From assembly GCA_004764695.1 (NCBI GenBank), contig SMSO01000014.1:801648-865647 (forward strand): a DNA stretch of 64,000 nucleotides, in the 5' to 3' direction. This document shows positions 24,066-35,416 of the stretch, piece after piece (positions within the stretch are counted from its first letter, which is position 1; the number at the start of each line of letters is the position of its first letter). A program made the translations under genes and the position numbers. This DNA is from Schizochytrium sp. TIO01. Its lineage: Eukaryota > Protista > Bigyra: Labyrinthulomycetes. The notes beneath the pieces were generated by a model, which saw only the letters and a program-made list of their open reading frames with translations, was not told the DNA's origin and ran no database searches.

Positions 24066-27000
24066 TTATAACTCCATCTTTGTTCGCCGCACTGACTGAT
24101 CCGCCGAGTCATCAAACGCGTTGTTGCCATTCCTCATCGCATTTAAATGAACTTATAAGTAGGTTATGCTACCCATAAACTCACTTATCTGCGTATACTC
24201 CATTTATGGAGGCACTTCAAACAGGGGTGAACGCGGGGAACGTAAACTTCCAGGAGGCTTGAAGAGTTGGCAAGCTGGCTTCTCTCTTTTTCTTTTTCTC
24301 TTTCTTTTTTCACAAAAGAAAGAAAGAAAGAAAGAAAGAAAGACAGAAAGAAAGAAAGAATTAGAAAGAAGGAGTAAATAGTAAATAGAAAAAGAAGGAG
24401 GGGTAGGTACAGACTAGGGTGTTCTAGTGTCTGAGCAACCCTTTTCCACTTTTCAAAGCCAACAACAGTGCTCTCTCTCACTGAAGATTTGGTTAGCAGT
24501 TAACAAACGCTGCAAAGAACGATAACTAACATGCGTAGAGTGTGCAGTACTTAACTTAAAACCGGCAATCGTGGGCAACAAATCAACTAGCCAGCAATCT
24601 GCAGCAGCCTGTGCAACTAACCTTCTATCACAGGCAGGAGCTCAACTGCCGCTTCCACCTGACCATCAAAGGCCAATCGCACAAGAAATGCCTTCACGTC
24701 TTTGATCTTCTTCCCTCATTTGTTTTGCAATCATTCTCTTCAACGCCTGTTCTCCCTCCGTCCGTTGCGACTGCTAGCTCTGCTCCTAGCATTTACTATA
24801 ACATGGGTAAAAAAACCAAAAAAAACCAAAACACTTTTATAAGCTGCTACTGCCTGCTGCTAAAGTATTCCCTAGATAGGCCAATGCGTGACTGTTTACA
24901 AAGAGAGTCGCAGCGAAGGTTTTGCTTAGGTAGCTTTAGGAAACCTCTAGCGCAGTGGCTGAGGCGATTCCCAAGACAAATTAACTGTTTATAAATTTAA
25001 ATAATAATGAAAAACATTAATTGAACTTGAGTTTTTCTACAATAAAATAAAATAAACAAAATTTAAAATATATATAAAATGAAAAAACTAAGGAACTTTC
25101 TTTCTTTTTCAAAAGAAAAGGATTGAGCTTGAATTGTAAACTGTTTGGTAATAAAAAAGGAGACACCCATCGAGTTCAGATTTGGAGTTCAAGATGGGCC
25201 TGGCTGAGTTCGAAGAGCCCAGGGCGACGACGCTTTCTTTGGAGCTCGAGGATCCCTGGGCGTGCTCGAGACGCGAGCTTCCTCCGTCGTGAACTAAACT
25301 AAATCGCAGGTGCCGGTCTCCAGCGTCAAGTTTCGGGTCAGGATATCCTGATACATGACCTGGAATGGCCACCAGTTCGACAACGCGCGGGGCATTGGAG
25401 AAGCAAGCGGAGGCCGGCGAGAAGCCCTGAGACGGGCCGCCAATGCAGAGCGCGAAGGCAAGAGCTGCGAAGACCCGAGCCAGCCTCGGCTCTATTGACT
25501 CCAACAGCCCAGAGCGAGCGAGCTCTCTTGAATGCAAAATGGGAATGAAATTTGAATTCGCCAAATTCGAATTCGCCAACAACGCGGTAAACGGAGCTTC
25601 GAAGTCACCACCTGGCGCCAAGACAAACCCTGCAAACAAATCGCTGCGAGCTGCTGCGAGCTGCTAGCGAGGTACACGGACACCGCGAACCGCAAGCTCT
25701 TCTTTGGCACTAGACGGCTCTCATGGCATTGAAAGGCCTAGCTAGCCTCAATGTGTCTTGGTCGCAGGTGTGTGTTTATGTGTGTGCTTTGTGTGTGTGT
25801 GCTTTATGGTGAGGATGCTCAACTCGAGCGGATAATGTTGGGACTCCGCTGATGAATGCCGGGGATTGGCGCGAAGAGAGCTCGGCCGCGATCATGCTCC
25901 GATTATGTTCGCTCCGGAGAGCAGGCTGGGGGTCCTTCCATGGATCGACTTGGATTGGAAACTTTTGATTGCAAAAGTGGTAGCGAGGTACTTCTATGAA
26001 CGGCCAAAGACTGCAGGCACTGGCGGTATTTAGTGCTGTGGAGATGTTGGCGGCTTGTCCGCGTGTGGGGTCTCTTCCGTTCGCGCGTTTGGATGCATGG
26101 ATTGGTTCAGGAATCGCTTCGGAGGCCCGCCGCAGGAAGGTGTGACTCGCAAGTTCAAGTGAATGTCGGAATATGCGTTCTCGAAGGGGGCTGGTGTAAC
26201 CAGCAGTAGCAGTAACTTGTGATTTGTTGCTATTGTTCGAAGTGGAAGGCGGTTTGGAAGGCCTCCCAAGCGGTGACGTGAGCCTCTGGCTTAGTTTGGA
26301 GAGGTGCCATTCTTGCCGAGCGAGCTCTCCCAGGCAACTCCGATTTACTGCGCAGCGTGAGGGCTCAGGAAAACCTGCTTTTCTCACGTTCGTTCGAGAA
26401 ACATCGACCAGCAAGGGCAAACTTGGAAGCACCGTCGTTTCTTTGGATGAACGAATGCATCACCATAGATGCAGAGCAACGATAACGGCAGGCTCCTCGC
26501 GGAAACAATTAAAACTATACTAGAGAATGCAGCCTCGCAATACTTTTAATGTTCCTGTCTCATCTCATAGTCGGCTAATGCCAACGATAGACGGTATCCG
26601 AGCCACATTCGGGTTTAGCAGTCAGCTTCGACCCTTCATTCCCTTCATTTTACACACTCTAACCCATCATCTGGAAGACCTCGCGACATTGAGATGCCAG
26701 TCAAGATCATGTGAATAGCTCGAGTATCATACGCTCACATGCGTTGCTGTATGCTGCGGCTTGCTATGTTTATGGTTAGTTTCTGCTTAAAGCTTGAGTG
26801 GCAAAAGTATAACACATTTCTAACGTCGCGAGGTGAACATGCCTTGAAAAGTTAATGTGAGTGGATCAACGAAGGCATTGCTAGGATGTGCAGTTTGCAT
26901 TATGAATTAGCGCCATAAAGCCAGCTCAATTGCAGCTATCTGTCTCTCATGATTGAACTATGCTAATGTATCGCTATAGACAAAACTGTTTTTGATATTT

Positions 27001-27615
27001 ATTTTTCTCAACCTTATAAAATGGACTAATGTACAGCACGGGGCGTTAATAATTGAGTTCCAATTATATTCCTTCCCTCTCCGCCGTCAATGATACCAAC
27101 TATACTTTGAATTTACACACCCAAGCATGTCTCAATGGTATTCTTGTACATTAGTCTATCCATTTGCTGTCCTGCAGTACATCCATATTACATACATCAA
27201 TCGTTCATTCATTCATTCAATATACTTATAATTCACATTTATTTCAACCTTTAAGTTTCAACTATCACTGGCCGCAAGTGCACCCCCAAGCTGATTAGGT
27301 GGTTAAATGGAAATATAATGTAATTATACTGTGAGCTTGGGGGGATGGAAAAACTACCCTTCTCAGCGAACCTCCTTAATACTGACTCTCTGATTTTCTT
27401 TTTCTTACTTTTTGCCGAAAGAAAAGATTTTTCCGCCCCTACCAATAAGGGGGAGGTTTAGTGAATTAAGGTGGTTCTAGATTTTCCCTCGAAAAGAGAT
27501 AAGGGCCTAAGCAGAGAAGGGAAGAATTAAAAAGGCCCTTTTAAAGACCTTTTTTAGCACAGGCAGACCACGAACTCCGTCGCTGTTGCTGCTCTCGTTG
27601 CTGCTACCGCGCAAG

Positions 27616-28090
27616 GTACGTTGTCTGATTCTGGTACTGCTGCTTGGTTCATGGCAACACTCACCTGTTTGCCTCATCGACGCCGCTTCTGGTGCCGAAA
27701 ACCCCGCTGAGTTGGTGGCATTGGCACTAAGACCTTTGCTCAATGCTTCCTCTACTGTTTTGGCGACTCTCCTTCAGCAACGTAGGACGCTGAAGCGCGC
27801 AGGGCTTTGGCAATGGACTTCAATACCTCTGCATGAGTAGCTGACTAACTTGGAATTCGCTCTGCCCCTTTTGTTTGGATACGTTTTTTTGTTCGTCGCT
27901 GTGTGGCGTGTTACTGTTTATGTGTATATTCTTTGTTTTGACTGTATGACGTGATCTTTGTTGTTGATACGGACTGCGATGTGGACTCAACTCAAATTCT
28001 GGCTGTTTTAACGCTATGCATGATGTACTTTGGCTATTCCTTTCATCTTAAATAATTGCTATGCAACTCTGTTGTTTGGGGTGTTCGCAG
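27616..28090 (+). other. Probable 5'-UTR intron of the H2B gene
   Basis: Donor CAAG|GTACGT at 27616; acceptor TTCGCAG|GAACCATG five bases before the ATG. Confidence 0.6.
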
Positions 28091-28095
28091 GAACC

Positions 28096-28631
28096 ATGAA
28101 CAAGACCGCAAGCAAGTCCGCCAAGGCGGCCTCGTCCAAGGTCTCGGCGAAGAAGTCGAGTTCTGACAGCAAGCGCCGTAAGAAGCGTACGGAAACCTTC
28201 TCCTCTTACATCTACAAGGTTCTTAAGCAGGTTCACCCGGACACTGGTATCTCTCGCCGCGCCATGAGCATCATGAACTCATTTGTCAATGACTCCTTTG
28301 ACCGCCTCGCAAACGAGGCCATCAAGCTTGCTCGCTACAATGAGCGCGCCACACTCACCTCACGCGAGATCCAGACTGCTGTCCGCCTTTTGCTTCCCGG
28401 CGAACTCGCCAAGCACGCTGTATCTGAGGGCACCAAGGCTGTCACTAAGTTCACCTCGTCATCACAGGGAGCGGTAAGTTTCATTTTGACAATAATAGAA
28501 AATTGTCAATGGCGCACCAGCCAATACTCTCTCTCAGCATAACTGCTACCGTTGTAAATTCGTTTGGTTGTAATCTGGGACTAACTTTTGCATACCTATC
28601 CTATATACTTCGATGTGCACTTTCACAGTAA
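28096..28631 (+). CDS. H2B: Histone H2B variant; join(28096..28473,28629..28631), 126 aa
   Basis: [21 protein letters not shown]...[29 protein letters not shown] histone fold; donor GCG|GTAAGT at 28474, branch-like GACTAAC near 28580, acceptor TTTCACAG|TAA. Confidence 0.92.
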
Positions 28632-29166
28632 AATTCCCCAACATCCTTCATTATCCTTCTTCGTTCACATTCATTCGAGTCCTGCCGAATAACTGCACAC
28701 TCGACTTTCAAAACCTAAACATTCTCGTACTGCAACTTACTCATCATGATACACACTCTTAAAGGTATACAGACATCATCGCACATATAACAAAATAAAA
28801 AAAGAAAAGCTCTCTTTGTCAAACATATATCTGATACTCGGGGGGGAATTATTCACTATAGATCGTCAGTAGTCTACAGGCACAGCTGCTTTTAAAAATA
28901 AAATCGATCGAAGTGCTTTGAGGCCTTTGTTGGATAGAGAAATAGCCTACAGTCACACAATATATTTAACAAAAAAGAATCAAAAGAAAAAATGTAGACA
29001 TGGTTTGTTGGTATTACGGTTTCGCTCTATTTGTTAGCATTGTATTCATTTCAATCCTGTCTTCTTTGTGGCCGCCGCCATGGTCGTAAGGTGTAGTTGC
29101 AAATGTTACAAACCAAGAGCACCCACGTTTTATTATTAGTATTATGTGCAATCAGGTTGATGTCCT

Positions 29167-32145
29167 CTATGCGCTCTGAACTGAGTCGGGGTTGTTTTTG
29201 ACGGCCAGTGAAGCAGGACGCTGCTGCGAGTGTTTAAGCCTCTGCAGTCTCTGCTGAAACTCCGGCTTTTCATCTGCCTTTTCTTCCTCGGCTCGACTCT
29301 TGGTATTCTTCTTTCCTTTTGGTGGCTTGGGGCCACTAGACTTTTTCATATTCTCCTTCTCCTTTTGCTCCTCAATAGCTCTGTTCTGCGCATTCTCTTC
29401 ACGAGCGCGGACCAAGGATTTACAAAAGTGCATTGCCGTTGCAAGTAATTGTGATGAAGAACATTTAGCAGGAAGCTCACCATGCATCTCTAGAACCTCA
29501 TTCGCAAGATTTTCGAGGCGGGCCATGGAAGCCTTCATTTGTTCGGTTACAGGGCGACCCTGATCCTTCAAAAACGGGAACATGAGCTTGCAGAATGCGC
29601 GTGCACCTGGAGCTTGCGAAGGCTCACCCAAAGTGTCACCTGAGCAAGCCTTAAGTTCACGCTCTACAAGATCACAGCCCTTTGCAAGCTGGGCCAAGTC
29701 AGTTTTCAGGTCTTCGATCTTAACTGACGAAGCTTCTTCAACGCGGCTCAATTCGTCTGGAAGCTGAAACAAATGAGGGGCCTTCGAGTCACAAACATCG
29801 GCAAGCCAATGTACAAGTGAATATTTGGAGTTTCCATTTGCTTTAGATTGTGCAAGCTTTTGCAAGCCAGTGCTGATCTCGAATCCCCACGCACCTCCAG
29901 TGGACTTATTGCCTGTGTTGACATAGTTTCCTGCACTTAATGCGAGATGTAAAAGCTGTCTCCAGCCCTTAGAATCACGCAATTGCAAGATGGCCGTCTC
30001 GTACTTTGTAAGTGCTTCGAGCAAACTCTCGGACTGGCGCTCAAATGACATTTCGACAAAGACACATTGTAGACGCTGACGCAGGCGAGGAATCTTCGAC
30101 ATTTCATACACAAAGTGCTCGACCCGAGTTAAATCGTCCGTAAATAGACCAGGGCCAGACCACTCGCCTTCGGCCGCTTGCACAGCTTGGACTTCCTCCG
30201 GTGTAGGTACCATAGAAATCAGCTTGTGCACAACCTCCATGGTGAAAAAGTCTGAATCCAGCTTGAGGATGTTATCACGGAGCTCGCCGACAGGTTCTTT
30301 GAAGCGAGCAATGGCAATGCCCAAATTCTGTTGGCGTTTTGAATCCAAAAGAGGTGGGCGATCAGAAGTCTTGGCTGCGGCCTTTGCGGCGGTATTCTTA
30401 ATCTCTTTGGCCTGTACCTTTGAAAATTTATCCTCAAGGTCTGCAAAGTGCTGGTCAATAGGAAATGGAGGCTGATCTGAGAGCTTGGGCCACATGGACT
30501 TCTCGACACGAGCAGCAGGGAGTACATTCCAAAAAATTCCACGTAAAGGCTTGCTATTACCACGGCGTACATCTGCACGCTTAGTGATTTCATACTTGCT
30601 CTTGGGCTTTTCAGGCTCCTTCGGCTTAGCTGCTGCAGAACCAGGCAATGGCGGGGGGGATGGCGCTCCAGGGAGTGGCGGTGGAGTTGGTGCAGGACCG
30701 GAGAAGAATGTGGATGGAAGTTCCACTCCATCGCGAGAGGCAGCCTGCATAATTGCACCATCAGGAAGTCCAGCTTTTTGCATTTTGCGATACTTAGCAA
30801 ATTTGGGATCTTCTTCGATTACAGGAGCAGCCGCTGCTGGTACAGGTCCGGTAAAGAAGTCACCCGGTAGTTCAATGCCGTCGCGAGAGGCAGCCTGCAT
30901 AATGGCACCTTCGGGAAGTCCAGCCTTTTGCATCTTGCGGTACTTGGCAAATTTCGGGTCTTCTTGGATTACAGGAGCAGGCGCTGCTGCTGGCACAGGA
31001 CCAGTAAAGAAGTCACTGGGCAGCTCGATGCCGTCGCGAGAGGCAGCCTGCATGATGGCGCCTTCGGGAAGTCCAGCCTTTTGCATTTTGCGATATTTAG
31101 CGAACTTAGGGTCTTCTTGAACGATAGGAGCAGCAGCCGGAGCCGGAGCAGGACCCGTAAAGAAGTCTGCTGGAAGGTCTACACCGTCACGAGAAGCAGC
31201 TTGCATAATTGCGCCCTCTGGAAGTCCTGCCTTCTGCATTTTGCGATACTTAGCGAACTTAGGGTCTTCTTGGACGACTGGGGCAGCTGCAGGAGCAGCA
31301 GCTGGTGGTGGTGCGGTAAAAAAGTCTGCAGCGAGATCTACACCATCACGAGCAGCAGCTTGCATAATAGCTCCTTCGGGCAAGCCAGCCTTTTGCATCT
31401 TACGATATTTAGCAAACTTTGGATCCTCCTGAACGGCAGGAGCAACGTAAGCACTCGTGGGAGCAACAGATGAAGCCCCTCCGCCTCCGTTTCGAAGACG
31501 GGTATTTTCAGCGCTAAGATCGTCAACCTGATGCTGTAACTCCGAAATGTGGGCTTCACTCTCACGTTTGAGCTCGTCAATCATTCTTTTCATTTCTTGA
31601 AGCTGAACAGGATCCACGGCACCATTACGCATTCGCTCGTTCTCTGCCTGCAGCTCAGAAATGAGTTTCTTTTGGTCAATCAGTTCCTTGATTTTCTCGC
31701 GACTCAAAGCATGCAAGTCTTGCTGAATATTCTCAGGCACAGTGACAGCTCTAGAACGAACCCCGCCGCCGCCGCCGCCACCACCGCCGCCGCGAGTGTT
31801 GGATTTTTCAACCATGTTGGAGACCATGGAGAATTTGGAATTCAAGTTGCTCGGCATTTTATTGTTGCTCGCCTTACGCTTAAACAAGCCACGCGGCATT
31901 TTGAGGTTCCAGAACTTGCCTTTGTCCTTTGATTTGACGTCGTTTACCCATTTGCCCATGAATTCACAGTCCTTGCAAATGGTAATGCGCCCACCATGGC
32001 CATTCTCTGTGGAGTTCTCCTTCTCCTCAACCTCACGAACACATTTGCTGCAGATTGAATTTCCGCACTTGGCACAGGAGAGCTTTTTCTCAAAAGCCAC
32101 GAACTCTGTGTTGCAGCACAAGCATGCATCCTCGGAGCCCTCCAT
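29167..32145 (-). CDS. Formin with FYVE-like zinc finger, coiled coil, five CCDC53-like repeats, FH1 and FH2
   Basis: 8-Cys finger at the N-terminus; PPPLPG x2 (FH1); FH2 signatures LRGIFWNVL, SMW, LLDSKRQQNLGIAI, GNYVNTG...AWGF. Confidence 0.92.
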   Translation of the reverse strand: MEGSEDACLCCNTEFVAFEKKLSCAKCGNSICSKCVREVEEKENSTENGHGGRITICKDCEFMGKWVNDVKSKDKGKFWNLKMPRGLFKRKASNNKMPSNLNSKFSMVSNMVEKSNTRGGGGGGGGGGVRSRAVTVPENIQQDLHALSREKIKELIDQKKLISELQAENERMRNGAVDPVQLQEMKRMIDELKRESEAHISELQHQVDDLSAENTRLRNGGGGASSVAPTSAYVAPAVQEDPKFAKYRKMQKAGLPEGAIMQAAARDGVDLAADFFTAPPPAAAPAAAPVVQEDPKFAKYRKMQKAGLPEGAIMQAASRDGVDLPADFFTGPAPAPAAAPIVQEDPKFAKYRKMQKAGLPEGAIMQAASRDGIELPSDFFTGPVPAAAPAPVIQEDPKFAKYRKMQKAGLPEGAIMQAASRDGIELPGDFFTGPVPAAAAPVIEEDPKFAKYRKMQKAGLPDGAIMQAASRDGVELPSTFFSGPAPTPPPLPGAPSPPPLPGSAAAKPKEPEKPKSKYEITKRADVRRGNSKPLRGIFWNVLPAARVEKSMWPKLSDQPPFPIDQHFADLEDKFSKVQAKEIKNTAAKAAAKTSDRPPLLDSKRQQNLGIAIARFKEPVGELRDNILKLDSDFFTMEVVHKLISMVPTPEEVQAVQAAEGEWSGPGLFTDDLTRVEHFVYEMSKIPRLRQRLQCVFVEMSFERQSESLLEALTKYETAILQLRDSKGWRQLLHLALSAGNYVNTGNKSTGGAWGFEISTGLQKLAQSKANGNSKYSLVHWLADVCDSKAPHLFQLPDELSRVEEASSVKIEDLKTDLAQLAKGCDLVERELKACSGDTLGEPSQAPGARAFCKLMFPFLKDQGRPVTEQMKASMARLENLANEVLEMHGELPAKCSSSQLLATAMHFCKSLVRAREENAQNRAIEEQKEKENMKKSSGPKPPKGKKNTKSRAEEEKADEKPEFQQRLQRLKHSQQRPASLAVKNNPDSVQSA
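30703..31434 (-). repeat. Five coding repeats EDPKFAKYRKMQKAGLPEGAIMQAASRDG
   Basis: Near-identical at protein level with many synonymous differences; separated by Ala/Pro linkers. Confidence 0.95.
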
Positions 32146-35100
32146 CGTCCCGCTCCACGTCGTCGCACGTCAACTAGCGTGCAAAGACGCTACACAAATA
32201 GGAGATACGCCGACGGCACACGAAGCCCGGCGATTGGAGATTTGCTCCCACTTGCGTCGGTGTTCGCTACTCTAGTTCTTTAAGTGTTATTAAAGTATAA
32301 GTCAGAGTCCTTCCGTAAGTCCCGAAGGTCTTTCTTCAGAGCTCGATTCGGGACACAGCCCAGAGCAAATTGAGAAAAGGACTACGCAAGGGCCCGCAGC
32401 CTTAGTCGTTTACACGCAGAAACTTGACCCGCGTGAGCCTAGGCAGTGGTTTCGGTTCGGTCTCGAGTGAACGAATACTGCCTCGAGCGATGCGCTCCAA
32501 AATCAAACTGAGCCCTGATTATACAACTTAGAATGATTCTTTTTGCTCCCTGTTAGGTGGCTGGTGTTTGCCAAGACTAGTTTTGTTGCTGCTAGCTGTT
32601 TGTGAATGTTGTTATGATGCTTTTCGTTTCCCTTGCTTCGTGCAGGCAGGCGAAGCTACGGAGACGTTGTGCCAACCTGGTGGACGCGTACTCCACCGTA
32701 AGGTATCGTATGATTTAAATATGTCGAGACAGACCCTCTGGCCTTACGCGCTTACTTGTCTACCTCGTTATCGCTCTAGAATACAGGCTCTACTTGGTCG
32801 GGACCCTCCCGGGTAGACAAATGCTTGAGGTAACTACTTTTAGAGACGAGATCGTCCCAAACTGATCAATACGACACCGACTCTGTAGAAGTTTATGCTG
32901 ATGGGAAGAGGTCTTGGATATGGAAGAGGAGAATTTGGGGAAAGGGCGGGTGATAATGATAACAATGATGAAGGGCTTACCAGACTTGCTAGCAGCAGCC
33001 CTATTCCTCCGCTCCAAGTGACTATTATTGTTGCTTCTTTCGATTACGACCGCAAATGTTTGGTTTGTCCCATATATTAATGCACATAAGAAAAGACAAA
33101 TTTAAGAAAGTGTGCAACGTAGTAATACCTTAGAACTAGTCCTGGATCAATATAGCATTTTTATGTTTTTTTTTCCGCTGTTGTGAGACATTGTACAAGT
33201 CCTCGCTATTTCACAGACATCCAGACATCCAGACAATAAACAAATAGCTTCTTAGTCTTCTCCGACGCTCAATAATGATGCCTCCCTTTTCATAAACTCG
33301 CTTCTATTAGAAAAAACAAAACACAAAGACATGTTTTGCACCAATTAGTCAACCCCAAAAGAACAATTGTCCAGCGAGCTCCTTCACTTAAGTTGTAATA
33401 TTGAGTCCGCCTCCGTGGGTTGATCCAGCCAGTGGCATGCTCATCCGTTCCCCTTCTACTGCACTTCGTACGATGCTTATGCATGACGAGAGAAGTAATG
33501 TAACATCCTTCTCTATCGCAGAGGACACGTATAGTTTATCTCCCCTCTGATTTTTAAAGTTTTGCCACTGAAGTTAAACGAATAAATGAATGAGTGAAAT
33601 GAAGGAATAGGCCAATTGAGATCGAGTATACCATGCAGCCGAATAATAGAGAGGATACACATGCATCATTCACGGATGTGTGTTCAAACCTGGTAGAGAA
33701 AAACTATTGCTGATTGAATAGAATCTCTTGACTGCACTTGATCAGATAGTTTCGTTTGTGAGTCTCGATGTATTTATCCGACCTCAGCCATGCGTTTGCA
33801 TCGTGAAACTAACTAAGCTTGCCTATTTCCATATCAGCTTGAAGAGTTGCATTTTTTCCCACTCGTCGTATCTCTTATCAAATGAACAAAGTCTCCACAG
33901 CTCCTGTAAGGCAGCATTCCAGGCAGTCAAACTTACGGAGGCTGGCAGGATGGTTATAATAGCGTGAAAAGAGAAATTGAGGCTCGGGGCCATCTTGCAT
34001 GTGATCAAAACCATGGAGACTCTTGCTGCAGGACAAGCATCCTCTGCAGCTTGCAAACATGGACGAAGTGTCTTTATTCGCTCGTGGTAATCTCACTGCT
34101 CGGCAAACCCCACTAGTACTTCGCCTCAGATGGAGGTCCGTTCGAGCATCTTGTAGTTCTTTAAAGTTCAAGAAATTGCACTTCAGAAGGCATAAACAGA
34201 TTGTTAAATTTTCTCTATCAGTTTAAGACTAATACCGTCTATTAGAAATCAGTATTCAAGTTAGTATTTTTGCGGAAAAAAGAAAAAAGTAATTAAAAAG
34301 TTGCTTCTTTTGTCTGGCTTGCAAATCCATCTTGTATACTCGTATACTCAAGTCCAAGAATCCAAGTTTGCAGACTCTTCCCCTTCACTGCTCTTGAGAG
34401 CTCTCTCTAGTACAAATCACCAACCGGCCGCCCGGGAGCCAGACAGATCCCTCGATTTTTACCTGGGACCAGAGTCCAAGCGCTGCAGCAAGACTTGAAG
34501 CAAGAAGCTGTTCTAAAGACTTGAATTGAAAAGAAGGAGAAAGAAGAGCACCAAAATAAAATGAAACAAAACAATAATATGAACACTAAAAAGCAATGCT
34601 AAATCAGCTGTATGCGGGATGTCAGCTTCAGGCCATGCTTCACTATTGCCTCTATACCAACCATGTATCATCATAGTAATGCTACATCCCTGCGTCACCT
34701 GCTCCGATCTCCCCCAATGCTGCGATATTTTCATGCCCTAATGAGCAATAGCAAACTCCTATTTTTATTTTTTATTTTTTATTTTTGCAGGCGCACCTTC
34801 AGGCGGTCAGATTTGCCTTTCAGAAGGAGTGTGGCGAGACCATCAGGGTTTTACAGCTGTTCCTAGCTACTAAATAGACTAATCATATACCTAAGATATA
34901 TTTAATCCCTGATAAGATGGTTTGTTATACAGTCAAAGTTCGCAACATGTCAGTATCATCAACAGCAGCTGCTTAATAGCATAAGTATTGTAAAAAAAGA
35001 AAAGAGAATACTGACGATCAAAGATCAATGACTTTAATCCAATCCAAGAGTAGCAATGCTCGAGAGCTGGCTCGGACATGCAGAGTGACTCTGAAGGCTG

Positions 35101-35416
35101 TATTAATTATTAGTATGTAGCTAGCGCATATCGGGGACCACAGAGGCGGGTGATACGTACGGCTCGTTTGTTTCTCGTGCTTTGCCGCCTTCCTGCAGGC
35201 GGCCAGTGACACGCGTGTCTCAACCTTTGCAATACTAGCCTTGTTTATTCTTGTTTTCTTTTGGTGACTGGCAACCAAATGAAGATAATTGACAGGTATG
35301 GTTTGATTAATTTTTTGGTACAGCCAACGCTTTTATGTAAAAAGCATCAGCAAAGTGCTCCAACACTGTGCAGCGAGTAAGTTTATCAATATACGAGCAA
35401 AGCTCCTCGGGTTCTA

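Noticed and set aside
25109-26523. Several 70-220 aa ORFs in a GC-rich island
   Set aside because: Overlapping on both strands, mostly non-ATG starts, no domain signatures.
30219-32275. Multiple antisense or alternative-frame ORFs over the formin
   Set aside because: Shadows of the repetitive formin CDS.
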